Origin: Octopus sinensis
Lineage: Eukaryota
Length of the DNA: 64,000 nt
Reading direction: 5' to 3'
Assembly: GCF_006345805.1 (NCBI RefSeq)
Contig: NC_043013.1
Coordinates: 46,438,001-46,502,000 of the forward strand
The translations under genes were made by a program, and so were the position numbers. Positions within the stretch are counted from its first letter, which is position 1; each line of letters opens with the position of its first letter. The notes beneath the pieces are model-generated. The model ran no database searches. It saw only the letters and a program-made list of their open reading frames with translations, and was not told the origin of the DNA. Below, piece after piece: positions 49,731 through 63,714 of this stretch.

Positions 49731-49970
49731 TATAATAATACATATGTAACTATAAAGATGCTGGAAGAACAACATTTGAAAATGCAGGTAATAAACCACA
49801 GTACAAAAGTAGCAACCGTTTTATTAAGCTGCTGATTTCTTCTCTCTGTTGTTTTTGCAAAACACGAAGAGGAATCGTTTCTAAGACATCATTCAATGAA
49901 AGGAGGCGCTAAGTAGCTAAAATAAGCGAATCCCTACTGTACGTGGAGGTGATTCAATGTAAAAATCTAT

Positions 49971-50359
49971 GTGGCTGTGTGGTAAGTAGTTTGCTTACCA
50001 ACCACATGGTCCCGGTTCAGTCCCACTGCGTGGCATCTTCGGCAAGTGTCTTCTGCTATAGCCCCGGGCCGACCAATGCCTTGTGAGTGGATTTGGTAGA
50101 CGGAAACTGAAAGAAGCCTGTCGTATATATGTATATATATATATGTGTATGAGTGTGTTTGTCCCCCTAGCATTGCTTGACAACCGATGCTGGTGTGTTT
50201 ACGTCCCCGTCACTTAGCGGTTTGGCAAAAGAGAGAACGATAGAATAAGTACTGGGCTTACAAAGAATAAGTCCCGGGGTCGATTTGCTCGACTAATGGC
50301 GGTGCTCCAGCATGGCCGCAGTCAAATGACTGAAACAAGTAAAAGAGTAAAAGAGTAAA
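49971..50359 (+). mobile_element. SINE family A, near full length
   Basis: Homology to family A. Confidence 0.92.
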
Positions 50360-50497
50360 GGACCGACCTTGTTAAAACAGTGAATGATTTCATAAAACTA
50401 AAATATTAACTAAATTTATTCTTTAGTCACCTGACAATTCCAAATTGAGCAGAAATAGAATTAAATGCGTTCAAGATGTAACTTATCTCACCTTATA

Positions 50498-50942
50498 TTG
50501 GTTTCAAATTTTGACACAAAGCCAGGAATTTGGGGCAGGGGGTAAGTCAAATACATCGACCCCCGAAATTCAAATGGTACTTATTTTATCGATGTCGGTA
50601 GAATTTGAACTGATGACGTAAAGAGGAATGAAATACTGCTAAGCATTTTGCCCGACGCGCTAACGACTCTGCCAGTTCGCTGCCTTAATCTCACCTCATA
50701 TATTTATTTCTTTATTGCCCACAGGGGGCTAAACGTAGACGAGACAAAGAAAGGGATTAAGTCGATTTGAACTCAGAAGTTAGCGGCAGACGAAATACCT
50801 AATTCTTTACTACCCACAAGGGGCTAAATACAGAGAGGACAAAAGTCGACCTTGGCGGAATTTGAACTCAGAACGTAGCGGCAGACGAAATACCGCTAAG
50901 CATTTCGCCCGGCGTGCTAATGCTTCTGCCAGCTCGCCACCT
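50498..50942 (-). mobile_element. Cluster of family B copies with internal deletions
   Basis: Homology to family B; includes a GAAATACC|TAATTCTTTACTACCC junction. Confidence 0.85.
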
Positions 50943-51542
50943 TTCTCACCTCAAATATTAAGACATAATATATCTGTACATCATTCTATACCTTCTTCGT
51001 TTATACGACTTAAGAATGTCACGCAGAATGATTAGTCAAAGTACATTTGTCCAGAACCAGATGATTTCATATTCATACTCACCTAGAGCTGATTTCAACC
51101 GCTACATTGTATTGTTTATGTGCAAAACTGTGTTTATTTATTTAGAACTTTTTATGTGTCGTTTTTGTTTTTGTTGTCTTGATAGGAAGTGAATGTATTT
51201 TCAACCAGAGAATGAACGCCTACATAAAAGGGAAATAACTTACTCTCGCTCCCATTTTCTCAATGAACCTTGGAAAGTAATATGGGAGAAGGGGCATCTC
51301 CTTCCTCCCCTTCTCTCTTTTACACACACACGCGCGCACACATACTCACTCACATACGTACATACATAATACACACACACACACACACACATACACGCAC
51401 GCAAGGTGATTTAAGCGGAGAAAAGTAAAACACCGTTTATTGATTGAAGATCAGCATAATTTATTGGCAGAATACCGATAGATTAACAACAAATGCTATC
51501 AGGCAATGATAGCCGGAAGACTGGAAGGCAACAAAACAATTG

Positions 51543-51956
51543 GGATTTTTTCGGTTTGAACGGCAGATTTTAAAAATAATTTCTAGGTAACTAAAAAATT
51601 TTAAACTTCGTATACTGGTAGAATGTGTTTATAAAACATCTTTTTCTCTTGGTTTTATAGAGAAAATTCTACAGTTTGTAAGATATTTGTTGCTTTTTTT
51701 CTTCAATTTCTGCAATTTCAATCAATCACTGACGTCTATTGAGGTAGAAAAAACATTCTGTGCCGTATGAATATGTCCCTCGTTTAAGAAACAGATTGGG
51801 TTTATTTACATTTGTGAAGAAAAAAAGACACCCTTCCCCCTAACCCTAATCCTAAAACAGATTGAAATGCAATAGATCGATACTAGGGTCATAATTATGG
51901 GTGACAATTTCATATGACACCGCTAGAAAAAACTGCCGTTCAAACCGAAAAGATCC
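51543..51956. mobile_element. Second copy of the (CCCTAA)-bearing MITE
   Basis: Collinear with 15598-16018; flanks AACAATTG / AGCAATGG (6/8). Confidence 0.9.
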
Positions 51957-52929
51957 AGCAATGGAGAAAATGAGACCAGTTGGCAACATGCGTAAGAAAA
52001 ATAAAGAGCAGCAAATATCCAAGTGTGTCAACTTAACGAAATATCAGGGAATAATTCAGTCATACTGTGAGGAGGACCAGAACAGGACGGCGTAACAGAG
52101 AAATAATTCCAAGAGAAGAATAGAGAAAGGAAAGAAATAACAGAAACGAATGATGACACCAGGAAGAAAAAGAGATGGCAGATTGTTGGATGTTAGCCTC
52201 AGAACAAAGAGAGAAATATAGGGGAGAATGAAGTGGTAGGTTATAGGTTCAAGTTCAATAAGAAAGAAGACTGTATATTTAGAATCATGAGGAAATCTGA
52301 AAAGCGTTGTGGGAGAAGATTAGAATCAGGTCGGAAAGGGTCAGAGAGAGAGAAAGAGAGAGAGAAAGAAAGAGAGAGATGTAGAGAGAGAGAATGTGTG
52401 GGAGAGATGAGAAAAACAAACATACAGAGAAGAGAGGGATGGAGAGATTTATCAAAGTACAGAGAGAAGGATGAGAGAGTGAGAACATAAGATGGAGAAC
52501 AAGCGGAGAGAAAAAAAAGGTGAGAGAAAAAGAGGGAGAAAGAGAGAGAGAGAAAGAAAAACTGAAAGGAGCAGAGGTTATTAAGTGATATTAAAAAGGA
52601 ACTGCATTAAAGCCAGTAAGGTATCAACGTGGCGCTATCATCCAAGAGATCAAAAATTAATGACAGACAACAGCAACACCCAAGACAAGTAGAAACACAG
52701 ACATGGATATCAATATACCCCTCATCAGCTGTTGACTCAAGGAAGTCAAGGCAATTTCGACACATTCATCAACTGGCTTAAATGTTCCTATCTTCCGCTA
52801 CCCATATTATTTCGTCCTTCCATTTTCTTGCTTTACTTTTGATCTGTCTCTCCCCTTAATATAATTGACCGTACCCTCTCCATAAATTATGGTTTTGCGT
52901 CATTGTTAGAATTTTTGTTACTATTAAGG

Positions 52930-53150
52930 AAGTAGGTGAGCTGGTAAAATAGTTACCATGCCGGATAAATTACTAAACGACATTTACGTTCTGAATTCAA
53001 ATTACGTTCTGAATTCTAATTCAGCCGAGATCAACTTTGCACATCATCCTTTCGGAATTGATAAATTAAATACCAGTGAAACACTGGGGTCGATGTGATC
53101 GACTTACCCCTCTCCCTCCAAATTTTAGGCTTTGTGCCTCTAGTAGAAAA

Positions 53151-53185
<35 letters not shown>

Positions 53186-53277
53186 ATTATTATTATTTAT
53201 TATTATTATTATTATTATTGTTGTTGTTGTTATTATTATTATTATTATTATCATTATTATTATTATCATTGTTGTTG

Positions 53278-53361
<84 letters not shown>

Positions 53362-53820
53362 TTTCTTTCAATTCTGTTTCCATTTCTCGCCGAGTGTCTT
53401 CCCGACACCTAGGACAGAGAGACTCGGGGTATACATTGGTAGGCCATTTAAATAAACACACCAGGTTGTTTATTTAGAAAGTTATGTGATAGAGAAAAAT
53501 GGGGAGAAAAACAGAGATAAAAATACAAAAATAAAAAAGTAAAATGAAAGTAAACAAAGAAAATAAAGTTGAAAAAAAAGAAAGAAAATTCACATCGACA
53601 ATGTTCTTCTCAGAATGTGTGATGTACAAGTTAAGACAAACTTTTGCGCTTTTCGTCCGTCTTTACGTCCTGAGTTCAAATTTCGCCGAGTTCGACTTTA
53701 CCTTTCAGCCTTTTCGGGGTCGATAAATTAAATATCAGCCAAGCACTGGAGTCGATGTAATCAATTTACCCCTATTCAGGAAATTGCTGGCGTTGTGCCA
53801 AAATTTGAAATCACTGTTAT
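52930..53820 (+). mobile_element. Two diverged family B copies (about 52930-53150 and 53645-53815) flanking an (ATT/GTT)n tract
   Basis: Homology to family B; microsatellite at 53150-53360. Confidence 0.78.
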
Positions 53821-54934
53821 TATTGTTATTAAGGCAGTGAATTGGCAAAATCAGTAGAGCCGCTAGACAAAATATTTTGTGGTCTCCGTTTAGAATCTAA
53901 ATTCAATTTCCGGTCGGGTCAACTTTGCCTTTTGATCACTTATAACCCAATCAAATGAATACCAGTCAGATCCTAGGGTCGATTTGATCTACTGCATTCT
54001 ACCACCAGGCAGGATTCTTTGCTGTTGTGCTCATATAAACTGCAGGCTCCAACACCTCCTTGTATACCTTGTCTCTTTTTAAACGTTTTATGTTTTGCAT
54101 GAATGAAGTCGCATACAATTTTCCTTGAGTAGCTAAATAGAGAAATGAATTATGATAGGCGATCGCCAAAGGGCAGTCATACAGTTAACCAAATCTACAA
54201 AGCTGATATCTTAAGTCTAATTAAGAAATAATTATGAATATATGCCTACCATGAATATTCCTTTTAATTCGTCTATCAAATTACCGAATATCACTTACCC
54301 ACACTTTCAATTAATATAATAGCTATATAATACAGAAATTACATAATAAAGATATTGTTTTCAGGTTTTAGAATTAAATTACGAATATAACTAATGGATT
54401 GTCTAATTAATAGACCGACGATGGAATAAAACACCTCGAAGTATTTTGTAACAGATCTCCACGAACTCGGTTCAAAACTCGTCGAGTTTCTCCGAATCCC
54501 AAAATTAGCTCCATTTCTTATTTGCCCTCCCAGAACCACTGGCCTTGCATATATGTTAAGAATTCGTGTTAAATTACAAAAGAAGATTCGCCATGAAATA
54601 CTATTCAAATCTCAACGAATTGACATCAAATTAGACCCGTGGCAAAATCCATTCCTTATTTCGCTATTTTCCTGTCTGTCAGACGAACTGAAAAATGGTC
54701 CCAGACATTTTATCCTCTTCGTTCCAGAGGCAAACTGAACTCAATGACATTCTTGACCGAACTCTCCCACTCAATACGGATTCCTGATTTCACCTCATTA
54801 CTTATTCTGTTTCATCGTATTTGCCAACATATTTACTCTTGTTCGTCTGCCAACGACCTACAACATCTCATTCATAAAAATACTCAACGTATCGACTCCA
54901 TTAATCACACTTGAGTGATACAACACATACGCAC

Positions 54935-55008
<74 letters not shown>

Positions 55009-55218
55009 GCGCACACATTCATACATAGAAACGCACACACAAAATGGTGTTGGAAAACTTCCAAAAGAATGAATATGCATATATATATGTGTGTGTGTGT
55101 GTATCCCTATATATAAGGGATATATATATATATATGCATACGTACACACACACACACGCACACACACTCACACACACACACACACACGCACACACACACT
55201 CACACACACGCACACACA

Positions 55219-55259
<41 letters not shown>

Positions 55260-55260
55260 C

Positions 55261-55319
<59 letters not shown>

Positions 55320-55597
55320 CCTAAAATCTGGGCGATTGCATCATGCATGAAACTCCGAGTAGTTACGAAGCGCTTCGTGGACTATATTTGTATATGCGTT
55401 CATACATGTGATTATCTGTTTTCGCGTGTGTGTTCCCGTTTGCGAAAGATCTGTGCGTGCACGCGTGCATGCATGTGCGTGAGCGTGCGTATGTCCGTAC
55501 ACGTAAATACCATATGAGTGTTATACGAACAGACGGTTTTGACGTCACGTATTTCATTGGTGGATGAACGGAACAGCTTACATATTATTTTCCACTC

Positions 55598-56050
55598 TAG
55601 GCACAAGGTCCGAAATTTTTTTTTGGTGGGGAGGGGGGGGCAGTCGATTAGATCGACTTCAGTACATAACTGGTACTTAATTTAAGGCGGCGAGCTGGTA
55701 GGATCATTAGCCCGCCGGGCGAAATGCTCAGCGGTATTTCGTCTGCCGCTACGTTCTGAGTTCAAATTCCGCCGAGGTCGACTTTGCCTTTCATCCTTTC
55801 GGGGTCGATTAAATAAGTACCAGTTACGCACTGGGATCGATATAATCGATTTAATCCGTTTGTTTGTCCTTGTTTGTCCGCTCTGTGTTTAGATACTTGT
55901 GGGTAGTAAAGAAATAGGTGCTTAATTTATCGACCCCGAAAGGATGAAAGGCAAAGTTGACCTCGGTGGAATTTGAACTCAGAACGTAAAGACAGACGAA
56001 ATACGGCTACGCATTTCACCCTGCGTGCTAACGTTTCTGCCAGCTCGCCG
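55598..56050. mobile_element. Nested family B SINEs: plus-strand copy (55684-55916) inserted into a minus-strand copy
   Basis: TSD GGTACTTAATTT (55672-55683) / GGTGCTTAATTT (55917-55928); the interrupted copy resumes collinearly. Confidence 0.88.
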
Positions 56051-56192
56051 CATTTGAGAACAGCTTACATATTGAGACGTTCAATATGCGACACTGAATA
56101 CTCGAAACACACGATTAACGTAATTCTGAACCTGAATGAGCGAATCATCAAATATATCTACTCATTTATGGTCAAAAGTTTGGCATGAGATT

Positions 56193-56515
56193 TTAGTCAG
56201 AAAACAATAGCTCAAACATCAGGTTCAGGCAGAAAGCAATAGCTAAAGCATGAAGTTTAGGCAGAAAATCACAGCCCAAGCCAGAGGCTTAGGCAGAAAA
56301 TAATGGCTCAAGCATGAAGTTTAGGCAGAAAACCAAAGCCCAAGCCAGAGGCTTAGACAGAAAATAATGGCTCAAGCATGAAGTTTAGGCAGAAAACCAC
56401 AGCCCAAGCCAGAGGCTTAGGCAGAAAACAATAGCTCAAGCATGATGTTGAGGTTTAGGCAGAAAACAATAGCTAAACATAAGGTTTAGGCAGAAGACAA
56501 TAGCTGAAGCTGAGA
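56193..56515. repeat. 32-bp minisatellite (about 10 units) with an alternating A/B 64-bp higher-order core
   Basis: TTAGGCAGAAAA-type starts at 56193, 56225, 56257, 56289, 56321, 56353, 56385, 56417, 56455, 56486. Confidence 0.92.
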
Positions 56516-56644
56516 TCAGTTCCAGTACCCCATGACTGTGACCGATTAGCTATTCAACCACGTCTATTTTTTATATATTTGCATATGCAACTCCATAAGC
56601 ACAGTCTGTTATATTTCATATCTTCTCTCTTCTCTTCCATCCTC

Positions 56645-56978
56645 AACTCATTTCAATTGTTAGACTGCGGCCATCAAGAATTTTAGTCGAATGGATCGAA
56701 CCCGTTCCGTTGTGTTTTCATAAGCCTTGTAGTTATCCTATCGGACTCTTTTGCCGAACCGCTTGACGTAAAAACACTAGTACCGGCTGTTACACACACA
56801 CACACACTCACAAAGACGGGATTCTTTCAGTTTCCGTCCACCAAATCCACTCGCAAATGCTTTAGTCGGCCCAGGGCTATAGTAGAAGACATACGCTCAA
56901 AATGTCACACAGTGGGACTGAACCCAGAATCGTGTAGTTGGGAAGCTAACTTCTAACTACACAGTCACTCCTGTGCCT
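56645..56978 (-). mobile_element. SINE family A, diverged
   Basis: Homology to family A. Confidence 0.82.
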
Positions 56979-56985
56979 ATGTATG

Positions 56986-57019
<34 letters not shown>

Positions 57020-57099
57020 TGTATGTATGTATGTATGTATGTATGTATGTATCTACGTATGTATGTATCAATCTATCTATCTACCTATCTATCTATCAA

Positions 57100-57132
<33 letters not shown>

Positions 57133-57134
57133 CG

Positions 57135-57198
<64 letters not shown>

Positions 57199-57236
57199 AT
57201 ATATATATATCTGTCTATATCTATCTATCTCTCTCC

Positions 57237-57272
<36 letters not shown>

Positions 57273-57494
57273 CGACTGAAGAAGGGGATTTTTCGTTGTG
57301 CTTATTGTCCTGTATCTCTTTTTTTCTTTTTTGCTTGTCTTGTTCCTTGGTTTGTGTCTATGTGTTTCGTCTCTCTATGTGTTCGACGTCTTTTTGGTGT
57401 CCTGTACACATATATGCGTGTATATGTACATGTAGAGGTAGGTACGTACATATATGTTTATATATATGCATATGTTCTATTTTATTAACATATA

Positions 57495-57542
<48 letters not shown>

Positions 57543-57923
57543 GTAAAAGGCCTGAAGTATAATAATTATGGACAATACTTTAACTATTGTGTACATTTAC
57601 ACACTCACAGGCTCGTGCGCATGCGCACCCACCCTTTCATAGTGGCGAGCATGCGTACTCGCGCAATTATGTCTGTAACTATATAACTCAACCATGCTTT
57701 TCTTCAAATCATTGACCGGCAACAATTGTCAGCTTCATTGAGTAATCCCTAACAACCAGTGTAGGATGGCATAAAACCCTTGGTTACGACCCCTAATTCC
57801 TTTCAACAAAGAACGTCAGAAATATGTATGTATATGCACGTATATGTGTGTGTACATACATATATACATACATACATATATACTCGTACTTATATGTTTA
57901 TGTATATGTATATGTATGTATGC

Positions 57924-57954
<31 letters not shown>

Positions 57955-58121
57955 GTATGCATATATATATATATATATACATATATATATACAAGTATAT
58001 ACTCAATTACGCACACACATTCACACATATATATTATATATATATAATATGTATATGTGTATGTATATATATGTAAATATATATATATGTATGCATATAT
58101 ATGTATGTATATATATATAAT

Positions 58122-58154
<33 letters not shown>

Positions 58155-58578
58155 TATATATACACATGAATGTATATGTATAAGTTTCTATGTATATGTG
58201 TGTGTATATATGTACACTGAGGTGCACACACGCACACACACACACTTATACACCCGCAATAGCTGTTCTGCTAGAGGGGACGCACATTACCTACCTACTT
58301 ACCTATCTCGTATCCTCCTCGCTAAATAAAATAAAGCCGGAGTTGTTTTGCAACAACTCAATTCAGTTTTTATTTATCGCAACACGATATTTTCATAATT
58401 AATTGCTGCAGCAAAATAAATTCCAGCTCTGTACTGACATGTGTGCTACTACAGAGAATACAGAGAGATTAATTGTACGGCTGTCTACCGTACATACACG
58501 TAAGCACCACCACTATTTGCCGGGAGGCTACCTTAGTATTACGCAGAGGCATACATACATATATCATGCATACATATT

Positions 58579-58625
<47 letters not shown>

Positions 58626-58626
58626 A

Positions 58627-58667
<41 letters not shown>

Positions 58668-58841
58668 CTATCTATCATCTATCTATCTATCTATCTATCT
58701 ATCTATATATCTATCTATCCATCATTTATCTATCTATCTATCTATCCATCCATCATCTATCTATCTATCTGTCTATCTATCTATCTATCCATCATTTATC
58801 TATCTATCTATCTATCCATCCATCATCTATCTATCTATCTG

Positions 58842-58906
<65 letters not shown>

Positions 58907-59031
58907 TCAATCCCTTTTGATCGAAAACCAACCCCCTTTTTTACCCCCAAAAGAAAAGCTCTACTTTGTAATTTGTCCTGTCTGTGTGTAGCCCTGTGTG
59001 GCTAATAAAGAAACATATCTATCCATCCATC

Positions 59032-59063
<32 letters not shown>

Positions 59064-60000
59064 ATCTATATGAAATCAAACAGATGACAATGGAACAAGA
59101 ATCGCGTAATTGTCTTCATTATCTTACAGCTGTGTATTGAGTTCTAACATCAAGTTATTTGTATCGCTATGGCGAATTAGAATCTTGATATGTGCGTGCC
59201 TGAATGTGTGTGTGTGTGTGTGTGGTGTTCGCATGTAATTTGTATATACATATGTTTGTATATATTTATATATACGTAAATCGCCTTTCCTCTTTCTCTC
59301 CACCTTACCTGCCTCATCTTGCATCTTGACAATATATGAGTCTCGTGTACGACCTTGTGACAAACGTATGAGAAACGTTTGTTTTGCGCCTTTTGGCCTA
59401 TATTTACGGATGGAACTCTGATATGTAGAATCGCTAGAGCTTTGCATACAAAGATGCTCAGCGCCGTATCTTTTGTCTCTCTCCGTTCTCAGTTCAAATC
59501 CGCCTGAGATCGACTTTGCATTTCTTCCATCAATAAATGTCAATAAATGTAACCCCGGTGACTGAGTGCAGTATTCTGTTTATTTTATCGGTACCGGAAG
59601 GATGAAATATAAATTGATTTCAGCGACATTTTAAATGAAAATGTAATTAAATTCTCGCTCACCATTTTGTTTCACGCTCCAACAATTCTGCCGTCTTTGG
59701 CTGACTTGAGAGAGTATACCGGAAAAATTCAAAATCAAAATCTCCCTGATTATATATGAGCATGTTTAAATGTTGTTGTTGCTGTTGTTGTCATTGCTTA
59801 GCCCTAAATGAGCACTCATTGTGCAGAACAGTGATTAAATGCATTCCAAATGTGACCATCTCCTGATACATAGAACAATATTGCATGTAGTACAATATAA
59901 CGTGTCCTTTCCTTATCCAATACACCAGGGTATAATTCGAGGGAGTTTTTGTCGTTATTTCTACAGACTCCTACGTTGGTTTGGTTAGTAATATCTTACC

Positions 60001-60417
60001 TATTTCTTTACTACCCACAAGGGGCTAAACACAGAGAGGACAAACAAGGACAGACAAACAGATTAAGTCGATTACATCGACCCCAGTGCGTAACTGGTAC
60101 TTAGTTTATCGACCCCGAAAGGATGAAAGGCAAAGTCGACCTCGGCGGAATTTGAACTCAGAACATAAAGACAGACAAAATACCTATTTCTTTACTATCC
60201 ACAAGGGGCTAAACATAGAGGGGACAAACAAGGACAGACGAACGGATTAAGTCGATTATATCGACCCCAGTGCGTAACTGGTACTTAATTTATCGACCCC
60301 GAAAGAATGAAAGGCAAAGTCGACCTCGGCGGAATTTGAACTCAGAACGTAGCGGCAGACGAAATTCCACTAAGCATTTTTCCCGGCGTGCTAACGTTTC
60401 TGCCAGCTCACCGCCTT
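60001..60417 (-). mobile_element. SINE family B dimer bounded by one TSD
   Basis: TAGTAATATCTTACC at 59986-60000 and 60417-60431. Confidence 0.92.
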
Positions 60418-60444
60418 AGTAATATCTTACCGTTAATTCAAAAT

Positions 60445-60740
60445 GTATCAAGTACTTATTTTAAGTATTGCACTTATTCTGTCGGTCTCATTTACCGAAC
60501 TGCTAAGTCATGAGGATGTAAACCAACCAACGCCGGTTGTCCTGTGGTGTGATGATGAAGTAAACACAAACACACATACGCACACAAATATATGGCAGGC
60601 TTCCATACAGTTTCCTTCTATAAAATTTACGTATAAGGCATTGGTCGATCGGGTTCTATAACAGGACACTTGCCCAATGTGCCGCACAGTGGGATTGAAC
60701 CCGAAACCATGTAGTTGAAATGCGTGCTTCTTAACCATAT
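60445..60740 (-). mobile_element. SINE family A, diverged
   Basis: Homology to family A. Confidence 0.78.
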
Positions 60741-61284
60741 CTCTTTCAGATTATTGGTAACAGAGCAGAAAACATAGCCACTCTATTAACCATTGTATTA
60801 GGACACAGACGCTGGGAAGGACTGAAACCCGACCCTGCGAGCGAGCTACTGAAACACTCGTTAATCTTACAGTGGTGTCGGTGCTTAGAGCAAGGAATCA
60901 ACTCTCCTTGGTCACCAACTTACAACTATGCAAGCTGCGTTGTTGGAAACGAAGTACCTTAATGTTAGACGAAGAACAGTGCTGCTCAAAGGATTTGAAC
61001 CACCGAAGCCTTGATTTGATAGCCTTTAGTCTTAATTTTCCTATTCGTGTTCTGATTTAGCTTCGACTGCCAATAGAATATTTTCTAGTCTGCTGTGAGT
61101 TAGAGATGTTTATTCTTGGTTAAATTTCACCCTAATCCGTATCACAGATAAATATCTCCAATCATTTGTCAATATTACCAACTCTATCAGCACTCCCTCC
61201 CACCCACCTCTTGTAACAATTGATCTGTGTCTAACGGAGTAGCTTATCCTCCGTTATACTGCAATATCTGAGTATTACGATGGT

Positions 61285-61317
<33 letters not shown>

Positions 61318-62064
61318 TATTATTATTATTATTATAGCAGGAGACAGATTCCACTGCATCTTTGCATTAAAGCTTTTTGATGAGACATTTACTATGATTA
61401 TTATGTACAGCTATTTACCGCATCGTTGCTATGAAGAATTTTATTCTATATTAGAAAAATAAATTAATGAATTCGAGGGAAAATAAAATAATGCCGAATC
61501 AAATAAACAGAAAAAAAATTTTCAGCTTTCAGAAAATGTTTATTTTTAATCACTTTTTAATATTTGGCAACGCATAAGGAAAACAAAATTAAAAGAAAAT
61601 AATGCCAAAACTATTCTCTTCATTTAGAACGATCATTAAATTATTAATTTATCGGAAATCTGTGTTGCTGGAGACTTTCATCTTTTGTTTTTGCTTGTTT
61701 TGTTAGTTCACTCTATTCTGCAAACTGAGACTACTGTTTAATATATTGGACCCAATCTCAGTTAATTTATGTTGCTAGATATTTCGTGAAATATGTGTGC
61801 GCATGCGTTTTTGTTGTATATATGTGTGTGCTTAGTATGCGAGTTTATGCGTGTGAATGTGTGTAGTGTGTACTGTATATATATCTATATATATGTGTGT
61901 GCGTTTGTGTGTATATGGTGGTAAACCTACCTGACATTTCAGTAGAATTACTCATTTCACAGAAAGGGTTTCATTTTCCAATTTAATTTTGCTGATATCA
62001 TTCTGGTATTTTACATGGAAAATCGACACCTCCTCAGAATAAATTTGGTAACGTTAATGCCAAT

Positions 62065-63714
62065 ATTGGTTTCAGATTTTGGCACAAGGCCAGAAATTTC
62101 GGGGGTGGAGGCGGGGGCAGGGGATAAGTCGATTATATCGACCCCCCTGTGCTCAACTGATACTTATTTTATCGATACCGAAAACACGAAAGGCAAATTC
62201 AACTTCAGCGTAATTTGAACTCGAACGTAAGGACGGACGAAAAGCCGCTAAGCATTTCGCTCGGTGTGCTAATGATTCTTATTTCTTTACTGCCCGCAAG
62301 GGGCTACACATAGAGGGGACAGACAAGGGCAGACAAACGGATTAAGTCGATTATATTGACCCCAGTGCGTAACTGGTACTTATTTAATCGACCCCGAAAG
62401 GATGAAAGGCAAAGTCGACCTCGGCGAAATTTGAACCCAGAACGTAATGACAGACGAAATACCTATCTCTTTACTACCCACAAGGGGCTAAACACATAGA
62501 GGGAACAAACAAGAACAGACAAAGGGGTTAAGTCGATTATATTGACCCAGTGCGTAACTGGTACTTATTTAATCGACCCCGAAAGGATGAAAGGCAAAGT
62601 CGACCTCGGCAGAATTTCAACTCAGAACTTAGCGAGGGGCGAAATACCTATTTCTTTACTACCTACAAGGGGCTACACACAGGATGGACAAACAAGGACA
62701 GACACACGGATTAAGTCGATTATATCGACCCCCAGTGCGTAACTGGTACTTATTTAATCGACCCCGAAAGGATGAAAGCAAAGTCGAGCTCGACGGAATT
62801 TGAACTCAGAACGTAGCGGCAGACGAAATACCTATTTCTTTACTACCCACAAGGGGCTAAACACAGAGAAGACAAACGGATTAAGTCGATTACCCATTTC
62901 TTTACTACCCACAGAGAGGCCAATCAAGGACAGACAAATAGATTAAGTCGATTATATCGACCCCCAGTGCGTAACTGGTACTTATTTAATCGACCCCGAA
63001 AGGATGAAAGGCAAAGTCGACCTCGGCGAAATTTGAACCCAGAACGTAATGACAGACGAAATACCTATCTCTTTACTACCCACAAGGGGCTAAACACATA
63101 GAGGGAACAAACAAGAACAGACAAAGGGGTTAAGTCGATTATATTGACCCAGTGCGTAACTGGTACTTATTTAATCGACCCCGAAAGGATGAAAGGCAAA
63201 GTCGACCTCGGCAGAATTTCAACTCAGAACTTAGCGAGGGGCGAAATACCTATTTCTTTACTACCTACAAGGGGCTACACACAGGATGGACAAACAAGGA
63301 CAGACACACGGATTAAGTCGATTATATCGACCCCAGTGCGTAACTGGTACTTATTTAATCGACCCCGAAAGGATGAAAGGCAAAGTCGACCTCGGCGGAA
63401 TTTGAACTCAGAACGTAGCGGCAGACGAAATACCTATTTCTTTACTACCCACAAGGGGCTAAACACAGAGAAGACAAACGGATTAAGTCGATTACCCATT
63501 TCTTTACTACCCACAGAGAGGCCAATCAAGGACAGACAAATAGATTAAGTCGATTATATCGACCCCCAGTGCGTAACTGGTACTTATTTAATCGACCCCG
63601 AAAGGATGGAAAGCAAAGTCGAGCTCGACGGAATTTGAACTCAGAACGTAGCGGCAGACGAAATACCGCTCAGCATTTCGCCCGACGTGCTAACGTTTCT
63701 GCCAGCTCGCCGCT
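62065..63714 (-). mobile_element. SINE family B tandem array (about 185-bp monomers, 602-bp higher-order duplication)
   Basis: Repeated junction GAAATACC|TATTTCTTTACTACC; identical ORF starts at 62542 and 63144; one head at the right-hand end. Confidence 0.93.

Noticed and set aside
52660-52790. Minus-strand hydrophobic peptide (TM-like)
   Set aside because: Short, bounded by stops, with no good splice sites.
60871-60960. Cys-rich candidate exon WCRCLEQGINSPWSPTYNYASC
   Set aside because: Acceptor is plausible but there is no convincing donor and no recognised domain.
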